A model generated the notes under the pieces. That model ran no database searches. It had not been told where the DNA came from and saw nothing but the letters and a program-made list of their open reading frames with translations. Made by a program: the position numbers and the translations under genes. Shown here piece by piece: positions 25,475-38,143 of a stretch of 64,000 nucleotides of DNA. Each line of letters opens with the position of its first letter. Positions within the stretch are counted from its first letter, which is position 1. The stretch comes from Laetmonice hystrix (taxonomy: Eukaryota), in contig OZ249436.1 in assembly GCA_965235115.1 (NCBI GenBank), forward strand, positions 55,058,001 to 55,122,000, given 5' to 3'.

Positions 25475-28341
25475 GGTATTCTATATTCTTACCCGTGACG
25501 TCACGGCAGTTCCCTGACTTGAGCCGACTCTTGTGATTTTTGTGATTGAGCGGAAGTGCCCAGGACATGACCTCTGACCTACCTATGACCGATGACTTCA
25601 GACTGGTCCCCAGCTCTACTGACTACGTATAGACTGGCGAAGGCTAATCAAAGGGGGCCCTGTGATTGGCCCATGAAAACATGGACGCAAACGTCGACGG
25701 TAGTTCCGTATCCTCCATATTTCTTCAATCCTTTTACAATACAAGTGTTAAATCTTCTCGCTTTTCTGGATGTATATAGACATAGTGTCATCGGTCCCTA
25801 CACTATTCTACGGTCTGGTGATCGCATGGCCATGTTGCCCACGCTCCAAGCAGAGAGCGATCACTCCGTGACGCTGACCAGATCAACGGAAGCGGAAGTC
25901 CTCTGCTTCGAGTTTGAGCAACTTCCTTCCGCTTGTCGGATTTCTGACAAGTGGAATTATCTATGGTCTGTCCTAACATAGCGGACGCGTCTGTTAGGCA
26001 GGGGACCAGTCTACGAAGAATTAGCAATTTTGACGTACTCGTTTACGTTTTACGTAAATCTAGATTAAAAGATCCTAAGACAACATCGGCTGACAGTTAG
26101 AGGTTGACACGAAAGAATTCAATGGAAATTTTTACATGTTGCAATCACTGGATCACAAAAATTGCTTTTAAAATGCAATCTATGTTTTGTTGCCGCCAGA
26201 CTTATATAAGACAAGCAAGCATGCTGATTTAAAAACAGCAATTCAGGCTTAGACATTTGATTTAAAAACCGCCCCAATAGACTCTCTCGTGACGTCATTA
26301 CGTGTGAGTGATGTGGCTTTTATGACGCTATAATTTGTAGTGTTTTGGTGGCGATCATTGTGTTAGCCAATAGTGACTCTGATAATGACTTGATGACTTT
26401 ATGACGTCTCCTCTGAGCCTGAGGCACGGATTTAGTCTTCACTGTACTAAAATTAAGTATAGTTTCATAGCAAAACACAGTTTGAAATCTCCTAATCGTC
26501 TTCTTGTCATGTAATAATAGTCACAAAGTGTTTTATGCATGGTTCTTCTTACACATATCACACGAAACCTTCCCATTGCTGTTATACCGGCAGCATGGGA
26601 AACCTATTCCTAAATTCAATCAATTAGTGTCATGAGAATGTGCAACAATAAAATTATACCAGAGAAGAGTTAAGTCTGATGCACTGGAAGTAGAATCGTT
26701 CCCGTTCACCACACTCGTACATTTAGAAGTTGTGAACAATCCCAGTCTATTCAAATAAATGCAGCACCTTCCATTACTGGTGACAGTAAACGAGGTTTAC
26801 CGCCAGACACATTTAGTTAATTGATCAATTCTGTTTGCTATATCGTCCAACGACCTCTCTTTTCATTTGTCGTCTGTACCAGTATACTCTTAGCACCCGT
26901 CTGAAGCTGGCCTCCTGTAAATATTTCGGTGTTGTTAATCATATCTGTTCCCAGCTCCACTCATGCTCAAGACTTGTACTATAACTTATCAAATATTGGA
27001 GCATGCCAGACCAGCAGTCTAGAGTTCCTAGTATAAAAATATTTTGTCCTCTAATGCAAAAATGAATCGTGGTGAATTCGTTCGAAATAGGACATTATTA
27101 CAAGAAATCAAACAATTATTAGTCATTCCTCTCAACTATAAAGAGGTCAGACCGGTTCTCTTTTATAATTCAGGTCATATTGCAGGTATTGAATGGACGT
27201 TTCCCTACTGCAGACCTTCCAACAAGGTTTCATGCCACTGACTAGAATTTTTCAGACACAGACTTACATTTTTTTTTAAATCCAGAAATGTGTATTAAAC
27301 GTTGCCAACCTCTTAAAACCTCTTTAATCTCTTTAAACATCGATTTCACCCAACGTATAATAAGGCGTTTTACGATAATTTAGACATTAAGTAATCACAC
27401 AATATCGAATGAAAATTGTGTCCTTTGAGAGAGAGAAAAAGGTCCCTTTTTAATTCTCACATTCAATAAAACTTCAGGACTTGACTTCCGTTATGTAAAC
27501 CCGTCTCATAGCAAGTGTCCTAGGACAGCATGTCTTTTAAAATAATATATTCTCTGGTCGCGTCATCTTACTTTGAAGAGACTTTCAGTGAGGAACAAAT
27601 CACTTGTTCAAGGGTAGTCCTAACGCCTACCATAATCACATCATCAATTCTTCAAGAGCCGGTGACGGGGCATCAATCCCAGCACCCTTTGTCCGTTTGC
27701 TACACGATCCATTACATTGCCCACAAAGGCCAACAGGCCAGCCAGCACCAGCCTCTGCGCCCGAGTAAAAAGAGCGACGGGCAACAGAGAACAGTACAAC
27801 CTTGTTGCCTTGCGCTAACGGAGGTTATCAAGGCGAATACGTCATTGTTCAAGCCAGGACGACGGTAACGGATAAGCTAATTGTACTCGGTGAAAGACAC
27901 AATCAATGGGAGAAGAATCGAGCCGAGAGGGTCGTCACTTACGTATAATAGGTAATGAAGGGGGCATTGTTTGAAGACAATAATTGAATGGACCAGCGAG
28001 TGGCAGCATGCAGCACTCGACAAGGACAGAAAGGGGTAAATGTTTTACATCACTTTTCAAATGATGGATGACAATCCATCATTTGTGCGGATATCAACGG
28101 TTCACAATCCAATACTACTTAGTATTTCATGCTTCTGTCTATCCATCATTGTGATGTAATTATAGATTGCACCCTACATCAGGGATACGTGGAGATAAGA
28201 TATTTGGACGGACGAATTGTAGGCCTATAAACTTTAGGCTATAGGCCTTGTATTTACTAGCCGCTGGCTGTGTTAACCTGACAACACCAGTATTTCGCGA
28301 GGCCGCTTTGCGCTGCTGGCGCCGCTGCCTCACACTTGACT

Positions 28342-28385
28342 GAAGATGACCAACAGTTGCAGACAACACGTAAAACCACCACTGC
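28342..28385 (+). mobile_element. SINE-like 3' end fragment
   Basis: gatgaccaacagttgcagacaacacgtaaaaccacc resembles the reverse complement of the tail at 31250-31283. Confidence 0.35.
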
Positions 28386-29239
28386 ACATGCCCTCAAACG
28401 ACACCATATCTTACATTATTGTCCCTGTTTATAAATAGACCTATACGCTTTGGTCAGTATCTCCAACTGTAGACCCAGTTGTGAGCTGGGCGGTAGGATT
28501 TATCATTACCAGCCACTCAACCAACAAAAACCCTCCCTCCGGCTCCGCTTAGAAGTGGCGGGGTTACTTCTGGCGCCCCCTGGCATATATATATAAAGTC
28601 ATTATGCAATTTATGATATTTGAGAAGGTGCTTAGGTTGGCGATAGTAACGCCACCTCGGGTAGATTATGGGTGATGGCAATACCATCTGGCGGAGAATT
28701 AACAGATCTTCAGAACGAGTCCCGAGACAAAATACATAGTGTTTTTTCCTCATCTATTACAATCATGTCAACGGGGGTTTCCACCGTCAACTCACCCTGG
28801 GAACCTTCTACAAGGACGTCAGAAAGCCCTCTCTCGGCCAGTGTTATGAGAAGATGAGATGTTATTAATAAATATCTTATTATGTCTAATAACCTTTTAA
28901 ATACACAACACATAAATACTGGCACCAAACAATAGATCTATGCAATATACCCCTACTGCAGACCGTCGTGGTGACATGTTGTCAGCGAGACTAGCAGTTG
29001 GTAATATTGTCAACTGCAGTCACACGCTTACCAAAGAATACAACGAAAAAAGTCGATCAGTTCGATATTATACATTCAAAGATAGCTGTGTGAATGTTCC
29101 TCCCCTTAAAAATGCTGGTATTGGATAAGGGCAGTAATGATCCGATATAGGCCTATAGCAAGCGGAGAGTCCCCCCCCCCAAAAAAAAAAAAAGAAAGTA
29201 CATGTACTGTCGCCAATATTTCAAGTCGAAGGACCATTG

Positions 29240-29505
29240 ACAGAACTGAATGGGGACGTGTAGTTCTGCCAACCTCCATCGTGAACTTGACGCCTTGCTC
29301 CTCTTCACGATGCTTAATTTAGAAGTCGCCATGACATGGTAGAAGTAGTTCCGGTAAGGTTTCCCATATATACCCCATCACGTCCTCGACAGATTGCATC
29401 TCTCCGCCGAAAAATGAGGGACGTGATCTTTGCCTGTGTTCTCTCGCACTTATCCCAGCCTTTGATGGCATGTAAGCCGTACAAACACTTGAACAGTTCC
29501 AGAGC
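29240..29505 (-). mobile_element. Decayed Academ-like (XPG/H3TH region) coding remnant
   Basis: Minus-strand pieces KCLYGLHAIKGWD, SVEDVMGYIWETLPELLLPCHGDF and (with frameshifts) H-VKRS...WRLA match the remembered order GLHAxTGCD ... LPPC ... HxKRxNYQxxxW of the C-terminal part of Academ proteins. The remnant is internally deleted and frameshifted. Confidence 0.55.
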
Positions 29506-30586
29506 TGCAGACAAAATACAACCATTCCTGTCAGTATACTGAAAGCGAGACTGAGGGCTGGCAATATCATCCAATCAGAAAGACGCATTTTTGTGCGATG
29601 TCGGTACGAGGCTTCATGGTGTTCCCGGTTTCGGTAGTCGGGTGAATGGAGTGAAACGTGACTGTTATAAAAATTATGGAAACAAACTACTCAGGAGAGA
29701 TATAAAAGCAGATGGCGAGGTGTTGTATTAAGTTCATTGTAAAAAAAAAACGGTCCCGTTAACCTACGGAGGAAGTGCTTCGTTAACGACGACTTGACTG
29801 GTTCTAATGGGGGTTAGTAGTGGGTGGGCCTGTTTTGCCCACCCACTACTGGGGTTTCTTCTCTTTTTTTCCTTCGTTGTTGTATCCTACATGTATTGAG
29901 GCTGCCTTTTAATTAATGGCGATGAAATTCTATAAATCTGTTGAAATGAAAAAAAATCCAAGTGTTTTACATTTCGCGATTTCAGTAATCGACATTAACC
30001 TAAGAAGTAATGACGTATTTAGACATGTCTCCGTATTTGAGTGTAACGTAAACATTAAAGGGAACTAACTACATCTTATGTTAGAAAAATTCCAATTATT
30101 TCCTGTATACCTGCATGTTTGCAAATCCATCTCAGACCAGATGCCGATCATGTTTGGTAGAATATCGCTTTGTATAGCTTGTCGTATACATGAAACCCGG
30201 TTTCGGTACATCGGGGCCATGCATGGTTTCAGTTTTGGCAGTAGTGCTCGCGGGGCGCGACAAAGCCGGGCAAATCTACCGAAACCGACCTTGGCATATC
30301 GACACCGACCTCCAGATGCCAATGGAGCTGGTCAGTTTCTGTCGGGTTTGGTCGGTTTCAGTCGGTTTCGGTGTTTAGTCGGACGGTGTCCTCGGGCAGG
30401 AATGTCAAAGCCGGGGTACAATCCGATCGCATTTTTCACCGTGTAAGCGAAGAATGGCACGTTTGCCTCTCCAGTTTCGTTATTGTTAGAAGTATGTCAA
30501 TGTAAATCAATATAATGAGGTAGATCGTTGTAATATCATATATTTCTGTGCAGATAGGACAGGTTATCTCTGGGAAAGTTGATGCC

Positions 30587-30654
30587 ATTGGTTCCCTTTA
30601 ACTCTATCTCTCATTTCTCACAATTGGTTCCCTTTAACTCTATCTCTCATTTCT
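30587..30654. repeat. 36-bp period duplication, 2 copies
   Basis: attggttccctttaactctatctctcatttct occurs at 30587 and 30623. Confidence 0.9.
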
Positions 30655-31105
30655 GGTGGACTGTATCAGTTGAAATGGTTTGAAAGGAGCTGAGAGCATT
30701 TCACGTTTCTTGCCAAAATTGGTGTTTCTACTAGTCACTCTCCTTGATTCTAGAAGGAATTACTGAGCTTGTGAGTATACAATGTATTATAATGTTAGCG
30801 TTTATTGGATTCACTCCAGGCTGCGTGGCCTTGTGAAGATAAACAGTGAAGTGTTCTAATGGAGGCACAATCTATAGAACACTTATATAAGCCTGTTAAC
30901 CACATTAAACTGGACACCGTCGTCCTCTCACCCATACGTCTTTGATCTGTGGGCACCCTCCCCTATACCAGACCAGACGTTGGCTGACCACTTCGCAAAG
31001 AACGTGTCAGGTGTCTAGATGTGATTATAGCACACTCGGCCACGGTAAAGGTCAGCACATCACATTCATCGTCACACGCACAACGTCTGTTCTTGAGCTG
31101 GCTAG

Positions 31106-31659
31106 CCTCCAAGCCCACAGTCATGTTGTTGGAGTTCGTTAAAAATTTTGTTTTATAATTTTTAATTCCACTCACTGCATGTCCATACGTATGGCAAATT
31201 GAAGTAAGTAAGTAAGTATAAGTAAGTAAGTGAGTGAGTGAGTGAGTAATGGTGGTTTTACGCCGTGTCGGCATCTAAGGTCAACAACATGGAGATAAAC
31301 ATCAGAATTAAGTTCAAAAAAGTATATTGCATTGCTTTGACATCAGCTTGAACTTTTTGATACGATTTAGTGTTACTGTAGACTAAATGTTATACGAGGA
31401 ACTAATAGTTTGAGCATGATGTAGTATTATTTAACTAGTGTACATATTCTCAGGCCTTCAAACCAACAGTAATGTTGTTGGAGTTCTTTTAAATTTTGTT
31501 TTTATTCCACTCACTGCATGTCCATGCGTAAGATAAAGATCAGTAGTAAGTTCATAATAGTATATATTGTATTGCTTTGACATCAGGTTGAACTTTCTGA
31601 ATCGATACAATACGCGATTTACATGCTACTTTAGCCTAAATGTTATACGAAGAACTAAT
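31106..31659. repeat. Old diverged tandem duplication (about 31106-31406 versus 31455-31659)
   Basis: Shared blocks atgttgttggagttc, attccactcactgcatgtccat, attgctttgacatcag and ctaaatgttatacga-gaactaat. Confidence 0.8.
31191..31291 (-). mobile_element. 5'-truncated SINE 3' end with (ACTC)n/(ACTT)n tail
   Basis: The minus strand reads gaccttagatgccgacacggcgtaaaaccacc followed by a tetranucleotide tail. The segment is absent from the adjacent paralogous copy near 31530. Confidence 0.6.
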
Positions 31660-31890
31660 CATGTCTTGTCCAATGTTTCAGCCAAATATGTTCTTCCAAA
31701 TTAATAAAAACTACAGCTACACTTAAACAATCTCCAAAAAATAGGAATAATAACAAAAATCCATCAGCGCAAACAAACTAAATCCATTCACAAACACCAA
31801 TGTCATCATCCTTCGCAAAATGAAAAGGGAATATAGGTGCTATAGAAAATGAGCATGATCCCAAGTTTCCTCCTGTCTAATCACCGTCTC

Positions 31891-32222
31891 ATTCGCTCAC
31901 AAAGTTCTATCATTACATGCAGTCGTGTAGGCATTCGCTCACAAAGTTCTATCATTACATGCAGTCGAGTAGGCATTCGCTCACAAAGTTCTATCATTAC
32001 ATGCAGTCGTGTAGGCATTCGATCACAAAGTTCTATCATTACATGCAGTCGTGTAGGCATTCGATCACAAAGTTCTATCATTACATGCAGTCGTGTAGGC
32101 ATTCGCTCACAAAGTTCTATCATTACATGCAGTCGTGTAGGCATTCGATCACAAAGTTCTATCATTACATGTAGTCGTGTAGGCATTCGCTCACAAAGTT
32201 CTATCATTACATGCAATCGTGT
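31891..32222. repeat. 42-bp minisatellite, about 8 copies
   Basis: Unit attcg(c/a)tcacaaagttctatcattacatgcagtcgtgtaggc. Confidence 0.97.
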
Positions 32223-33019
32223 AATCTGATGGCAGTATTTCTGCCCGCTCCACAACGATATTGGTTCCCGGGTATTCCATGACTGCACTGCCATCTGGTG
32301 CCAAAACCACACACCATGTGAAAAACAACTGCCCACGCAACCAACCTACATCTTTAATGCAATTACAGGCCAACATATTACATTTGTTCAATAGCTTTCA
32401 ACTGAAGCCCTAAATATTCATTGGCATTAAGGGGTTCCCCTTGACGGTCAACAATACACTTAAAAGAGATTCCTTAAAACATTCGTTCTCTTTAAGTCCT
32501 TGAAAATACAACATAGGCAAATGAAGAATGCAGATACGTTATTTCGCCATTATCCTATAGCTTTACCTTCACACGACGTTATGTCTACCACATGCATGTT
32601 GTAATATGGTCTCATTTCCGTCAATTCTATGAGATGGGGCAGCTAAGAGGGTTGAGATAAACGTTCAAAATGTTGAAATGTTGGTAGCTAGGCCTATTTA
32701 GGCCTAATCAATTTTGTTATAAGCCTGCATTTCCATCCTCACTAAAATTCTTAAATTACTGTGAATAAACTAAGTGACTCTAATCAGTGGTGGCGTGTCT
32801 TTTAAACAATTATCGGAGAGCAAGGGTTAAATACCAGCTGATCCGAGCTAGCTGAGAAGAAATTAGGACTATTGTCTGGATTCAGACGATAGTACCGCCA
32901 CGAGCCGTTAGAGGACGCTCCGTAGCACGACCAACCGGGCAGATGACAGAACAGCTGTCAAAGTGTCCACCTGACGACGGGTCGAGAAGTTACAGCTCTG
33001 GGAACAGGCACAGTGGGTA

Positions 33020-33610
33020 ACGTGTGTTTTAGGAAAACGGAAATCCGCGAGTTCCGTTTTAGAAACAGGTGCTAAACGGACCCGTGAACTCGGAACCAGT
33101 AGCAGATCTAATCCAAAACGGAACTGAAATGGTCGTATAGTAGATCTAGGTTTTTAAGTTCTCAAGAAGAGTCCAGGGTTTCTGGTTTATTTCTGACACA
33201 AAATCCATACCGCAATTGGAACCAGTTCCTAGTTCCAGTTTAGTTAAGGCAGTGGTTATTCTGCCGGCATATGGATGGGTCACGTGACGGATTCTTATTG
33301 GATGGTGTCTGACGGCAGAATAGCGGATTATCTAATTAGTGCCTGATTAACAACAATTTTGGGACTAAACTAACACTAACCCGAGGCCTAACCTTAACTC
33401 TAACCCAAACATGTTGTTTCGTGTCGGTAATAAGTCAAACTTATTTACTTATTCTGCCGTCTGATGGCAGAATAACCACTGCGTTTATTAGTTAAACGGA
33501 ACTGGGACCTGGTAGACCATCTAGTTCCTAAAACGGAACCAGTTCCTGGTTCCGATTCCCTTTTTCTAAAACGGAACTGGAATCAGTTCCTAGTTCTGTT
33601 TTAGAAAAAC
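33020..33610. mobile_element. GGAAC/GTTCC-repeat non-autonomous element interrupted by a nested element
   Basis: Multiple aaacggaac, ggaaccagttcc and ttttagaaa motifs occur on both sides of the 33249-33482 insert. Confidence 0.55.
33249..33482. mobile_element. Nested MITE with perfect 17-bp TIR and CTAACC-type internal repeats
   Basis: TIR gcagtggttattctgcc / ggcagaataaccactgc, internal cctaaccttaactctaaccc, and ttagttaa on both flanks (33240-33247 and 33488-33495). Confidence 0.75.
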
Positions 33611-36270
33611 TAGGAATAATAAACTATCGAACTAAGGGCTCAACATTTCCCTGCCCCCCCCCCCCCATGACGCGACCCGGGGACCGTTTCAGGAGTAAGC
33701 TGTAGAAAATTAAGTTACACTAAAGCAGTTAAGGCATTGTGACATTGTAAACACGATTCCATTATGTTTATGGAATGCAGACAGCAAGCACTTAAGTGAA
33801 ACTCCCGTCACGGGGGGATGTCTTTAGGTGACGACTATTTCCATGGTTATTGGCTAAACCTTTTTTCACTGTGCAAACGTATTATGTTTATAGGCTATAC
33901 ATAGGCAAAGGAACTTTGATAGAAATATTTATGCCACAGACATGAGAATCTCATGAAAATTCAGAGCCGGCTTTTTGCTACATGACGCAACATACGTGAT
34001 TTTACGACTTGATCGTTGGCGACGATTCGCTACCGACGTGTCGCATGCAAACCGTCGCCGACGCCGTACCTAATTCTCTATACGAATTGATTGGTGACAG
34101 GTCGGGAGCCATGGGCCACACATTTGGCGACGAAAAGTTGACAACCAGCACACTTTGAGTGAAATCAGGCTCGAGACGGTAAAAATGGCCCTATACTTCC
34201 CAAGTGTCCTTATAGTCATTTCCGATCCCATTGAATTGATGCCAGTCAGATCTTTTTAACCCAAATTCCTACTGTACCTAAATAATTGTCAGACAAATCC
34301 TGGGAAAGAATAGCTTCTGAACCACTCAAAATGCTCCTTTGATCATACACACTTTGTGCCCCAAGAGAGCCCAAGTATTGTAAACTACATGTTGAGTCGC
34401 TGAGAAGTGCATGTCACAAATAAATCACACCAAATGACAGTCGGCGCTTATTTAAAGTTTGTACTTGGTTGACCTTGACTATAATAACGCTAAACCATCT
34501 TTGCACACTACTGTTGTATCCATGGTAACGGAGCGGGTATCAAATGGATAGGTCGCACTGAGGATTTGATCATTGTGTATCTCTATTATCAGCCTCCCTG
34601 CGATACAGTCCTAATCTCCCGTTTACTCTCCAACCGGAGGACTCTTTTCTTCTCTTTATATTCATTAATCATCAGTTCTAGTGAAATCATATCTGTTAAT
34701 AACTCCAGGATTCATTTCTGTAAATCGTGATTGAAAACAGATGTGAACGTTAAAAAGTACGGGCTGTCAGAAGTAATTTACAATAGTCCATAATAAAACA
34801 ATAGATTATTCCAGGAGAATTAATGACTAAGGGTCCTGAGGCCTCGCTCAATCATTCATAGGAGTCTGTCAACCCCATCCTAGGTGGTACCTTGATTGGT
34901 AGGTACAGCATCCCTTACATCCCATCAGGGATAGTGATTATCTGGGAGAGGGTTCTTCCCAAAGATCCGAACAAAATATAATGTATATTAATTGTTGGAC
35001 ACAATTTGGAAGTCCCCTCCATTACGGCTATTCTCCCAACAAATCGCCACCTGTATAGGGGGCTCAATACTACATCAGATTCTTTGTACATAACAATACA
35101 CAGGGATTGCATGCGGTACGGCATGCAGGATGTCCCTCCTAAGTACCGACACCGTATTCACATGTCAGAGTCCTACCATTATCGAATTGATACATAACAA
35201 TGTCCCGACATGAGGACCACCTCCACAAACACGTCACTATGACGGCTATGAGACGTATATTGATTTCGGCATTATTTTTCCTCCGGACCAAATTGTCAAT
35301 ACCGATGAATGTTTATCTGCACGGACCCGATCGGAGTACAATTACCGACGCTTTCATTGAGAAGCCGAATGACAATTGCTGCCATGGAGCCGTATATATG
35401 TGCAAGATATATGTATATGGTAATAGAGCAAATAAAAAAGGATCCGTTTAAACAGTAATATTAAATTGTAATGCATCTGTCCTGAAATGTTACCTGGAGC
35501 TGTATGGGAACCTTAATGAATATAGATTGATCCATTTGGTAAAACACAGATCACAGTCAGTAAACAACAAAAATGTACATCTATAGAAAGTTTTAATCTG
35601 CAACTTCGTACCCCAAGAAAACTAAGTAGGCCTACTTATGGATGATAGAAATAGAGTTTGCGATTTAACTTTATGGAATCAATGTTAGAGTTACTGACTG
35701 CATGGTAATGAGCTGTTACCTCATGGAGTATGTACCTTATCAGTTAAAGAGGAATAATCTATCACAAATAAATTCATTCCTGCTAAGTCCGTACACAAAT
35801 TCCTTTTTCTAGGGTGAGGATGTTTTACGGTATAGAAGTTTCTCAATATCTTAATTCATTTTCATTTACTGACAATTTTCATTACGATATTCAATCCAGA
35901 ATGATCCGTTTAGCTCGTTTCTGACAAGTAAAAGCTGTAAAATTTTACCAAACTAAGTCCTGCCCCAGACATTAATATCAGATAACACTAATACTGCATG
36001 CTGGAAAAGGGATGATGTAAGTTCCAATAAAAGTCGGTGATACATTTTGATATACGCCCACACTCAAGCGTCTGATACACTGCGGCCCTTGCGCCATTTC
36101 ATTTTGGCAGTGCCACAATCACACATTTGTTTAAAATGCCAGATATTATAATATTTTTAATACCGGATATTATATTTTCTCCAGTTATACGACTAAAACT
36201 GAAATCAGACCGAGGAGGACGGATTCTCTTCTCCCACCACGAGAAACACAAGTCCACTGCGGACGGAAGT

Positions 36271-36725
36271 TTGTTTGAACCCAGCCTGGAGAGCAGACAG
36301 CCATCAGTTAGGACAGCCTTTTGTTTGAACCCAGCCAGGAGAGCAGACAACCATCAGTTAGGACAGCCTTTTGTTTGAACCCAGCCTGGAGAGCAGACAG
36401 CCATCAGTTAGGACAGCCTTTTGTTTGAACCCAGCCTGGAGAGCAGACAGCCATCAGTTAGGACAGCCTTTTGTTTGAACCCAGCCTGGAGAGCAGACAG
36501 CCATCAGTTAGGACAGCCTTTTGTTTGAACCCAGCCTGGAGAGCAGACAGCCATCAGTTAGGAGAGCCTTTTGTTTGAACCCAGCCTGGAGAGCAGACAG
36601 TCATCAGTTACAGGAGAGCCTTTTGTTTGAACCCAGCCTGGAGAGCAGACAACCATCAGTTAGGAGAGCCTTTTGTTTGAACCCAGCCAGGAGAGCAGAC
36701 AACCATCAGTTATAGGAGAGCCTTT
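36271..36725. repeat. 50-bp minisatellite, about 9 copies
   Basis: Unit ttgtttgaacccagcctggagagcagacagccatcagttaggacagcctt. Confidence 0.97.
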
Positions 36726-38030
36726 CATTGCTGTCAGCCCAGAGAACCAGACACGATATGACCGGTTGCTGCGGCGGCAGGGGCATCGGACCCAGACAGG
36801 GCAGAGTCATCCTAGTGTCCTCTCTATCATACAGTATATAGGGTCCTAGCGACCTCAAGGGTGACACTGTTCACCGTGAAGGTTTACTTTCTAAACAATA
36901 CCTACATCTAGCGCTGACGTAAGTACGTCTGAGGTTGACTGGATGGGTCTCGTGTGCTGCCTCTCTATATACGCTGACGGTACTACAATAACAGACATTG
37001 AGTAATCCCGCTCCATCCTTCTCTCTCCCCATCGTCTGATCCCATTCATGTCCATGCGTATTGTATGGAGTTCTGTCCTCGCCTTCATGTGGTCACACTC
37101 AGAGTCTCGACAGTGGCAAACATAGAACATCGTCATGTGGAAGGCAGGGGTGGCGCGATGTTTAATTCAACGAATGGACAAAGTGAGGCATATCAAATTA
37201 TTTCAAGGGGGTCGTCCCATCGCCACTACCAAAAAAGGTAAATAGTAAATAATAAAGTCGCACCTGGGTGTTAAGATTACAAGTCAATGAGAGTAATATC
37301 AGTTACCGATATTGTAAAGATCTAGGACCATGTTCGCGTCCGGTAATGTAATAGTCTGCTGTCATAATCCATCAGGTTTTAGCTGAGTTATCGCGCAAAA
37401 ACCAAACTGTTAGTACATCACGGATGTGTAAAACGACCAACAGCCGACAGGGGCGTAATTTCTTTCTCATATATCCATTTAAACCAATCCATGTATAATT
37501 ATGTAAATCTACAGCTTTAGATTTCCATACTGTACTGAACCAGATGAATGCCCTTGAACTTTATCTGACAGAAACAGCAGCTAAACTCCAGTCTTTATCA
37601 GCGAGTAATTAAGAACGAATCATTTCTTAATGGCGTGGTGAAGAAGGAGTTTCATTTTTTTCAAAATGATGAAAGCCGCTTTTACTGCTCTATCTGCCCC
37701 ACCCTCCCACACACACAGACGGATTAGTCTACGAAAGGCTTGGTTGGCGTCAAAGCCATTTGGGAAACTATTCACTTATGCACTATGCATGCGATAACGA
37801 AAGTTTTGCCCCCACCCATCGGGTGACAAGCGCAATGTTCCGGTTTCTTCAAGTAGCCATCAGGGCCCAGCCCCCTCCCCACTCAACCCGCCCCCCCCCC
37901 TGAAAAGTTCAGTTATATAAATGTTTAGCTTAACGCTTTTGATTGGCCGGTCGCGAGGCGCGTCACGGACGGCGCGTGCTGCCCGGATGTAGATACGGCT
38001 ATCACGTGGCGCACCCTTAAACTTGGATCA

Positions 38031-38143
38031 AAACCAGAGGACTCAGAAACCTGCTTTTTCCGCGATGAAAACAAGAGGACTCAGAAACCTGCTTTTTCCG
38101 CGATGAAAACAAGAGGACTCAGAAACCTGCCTTTTCCGCGATG
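38031..38143. repeat. 38-bp tandem repeat, about 3 copies
   Basis: agaggactcagaaacctgctttttccgcgatgaaaaca starts at 38036, 38074 and 38112. Confidence 0.95.

Noticed and set aside
28710..28860. PVDMIVIDEE peptide as part of the Academ-like relic
   Set aside because: Only one loose motif, and it lies in the wrong order relative to 29240-29505.
31849..32336. Repeat-protein ORFs (IRSQSSIITCSRVG / MPTRLHVMIELCER)
   Set aside because: These come from a 42-bp minisatellite open in several frames by chance, with no splice or start context.
34919..35124. ORF ending at a phase-2 donor AT|GTAAGG (possible third first exon)
   Set aside because: Phase fits, but the composition is not clearly coding and nothing else supports it. 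It cannot be excluded without RNA data.
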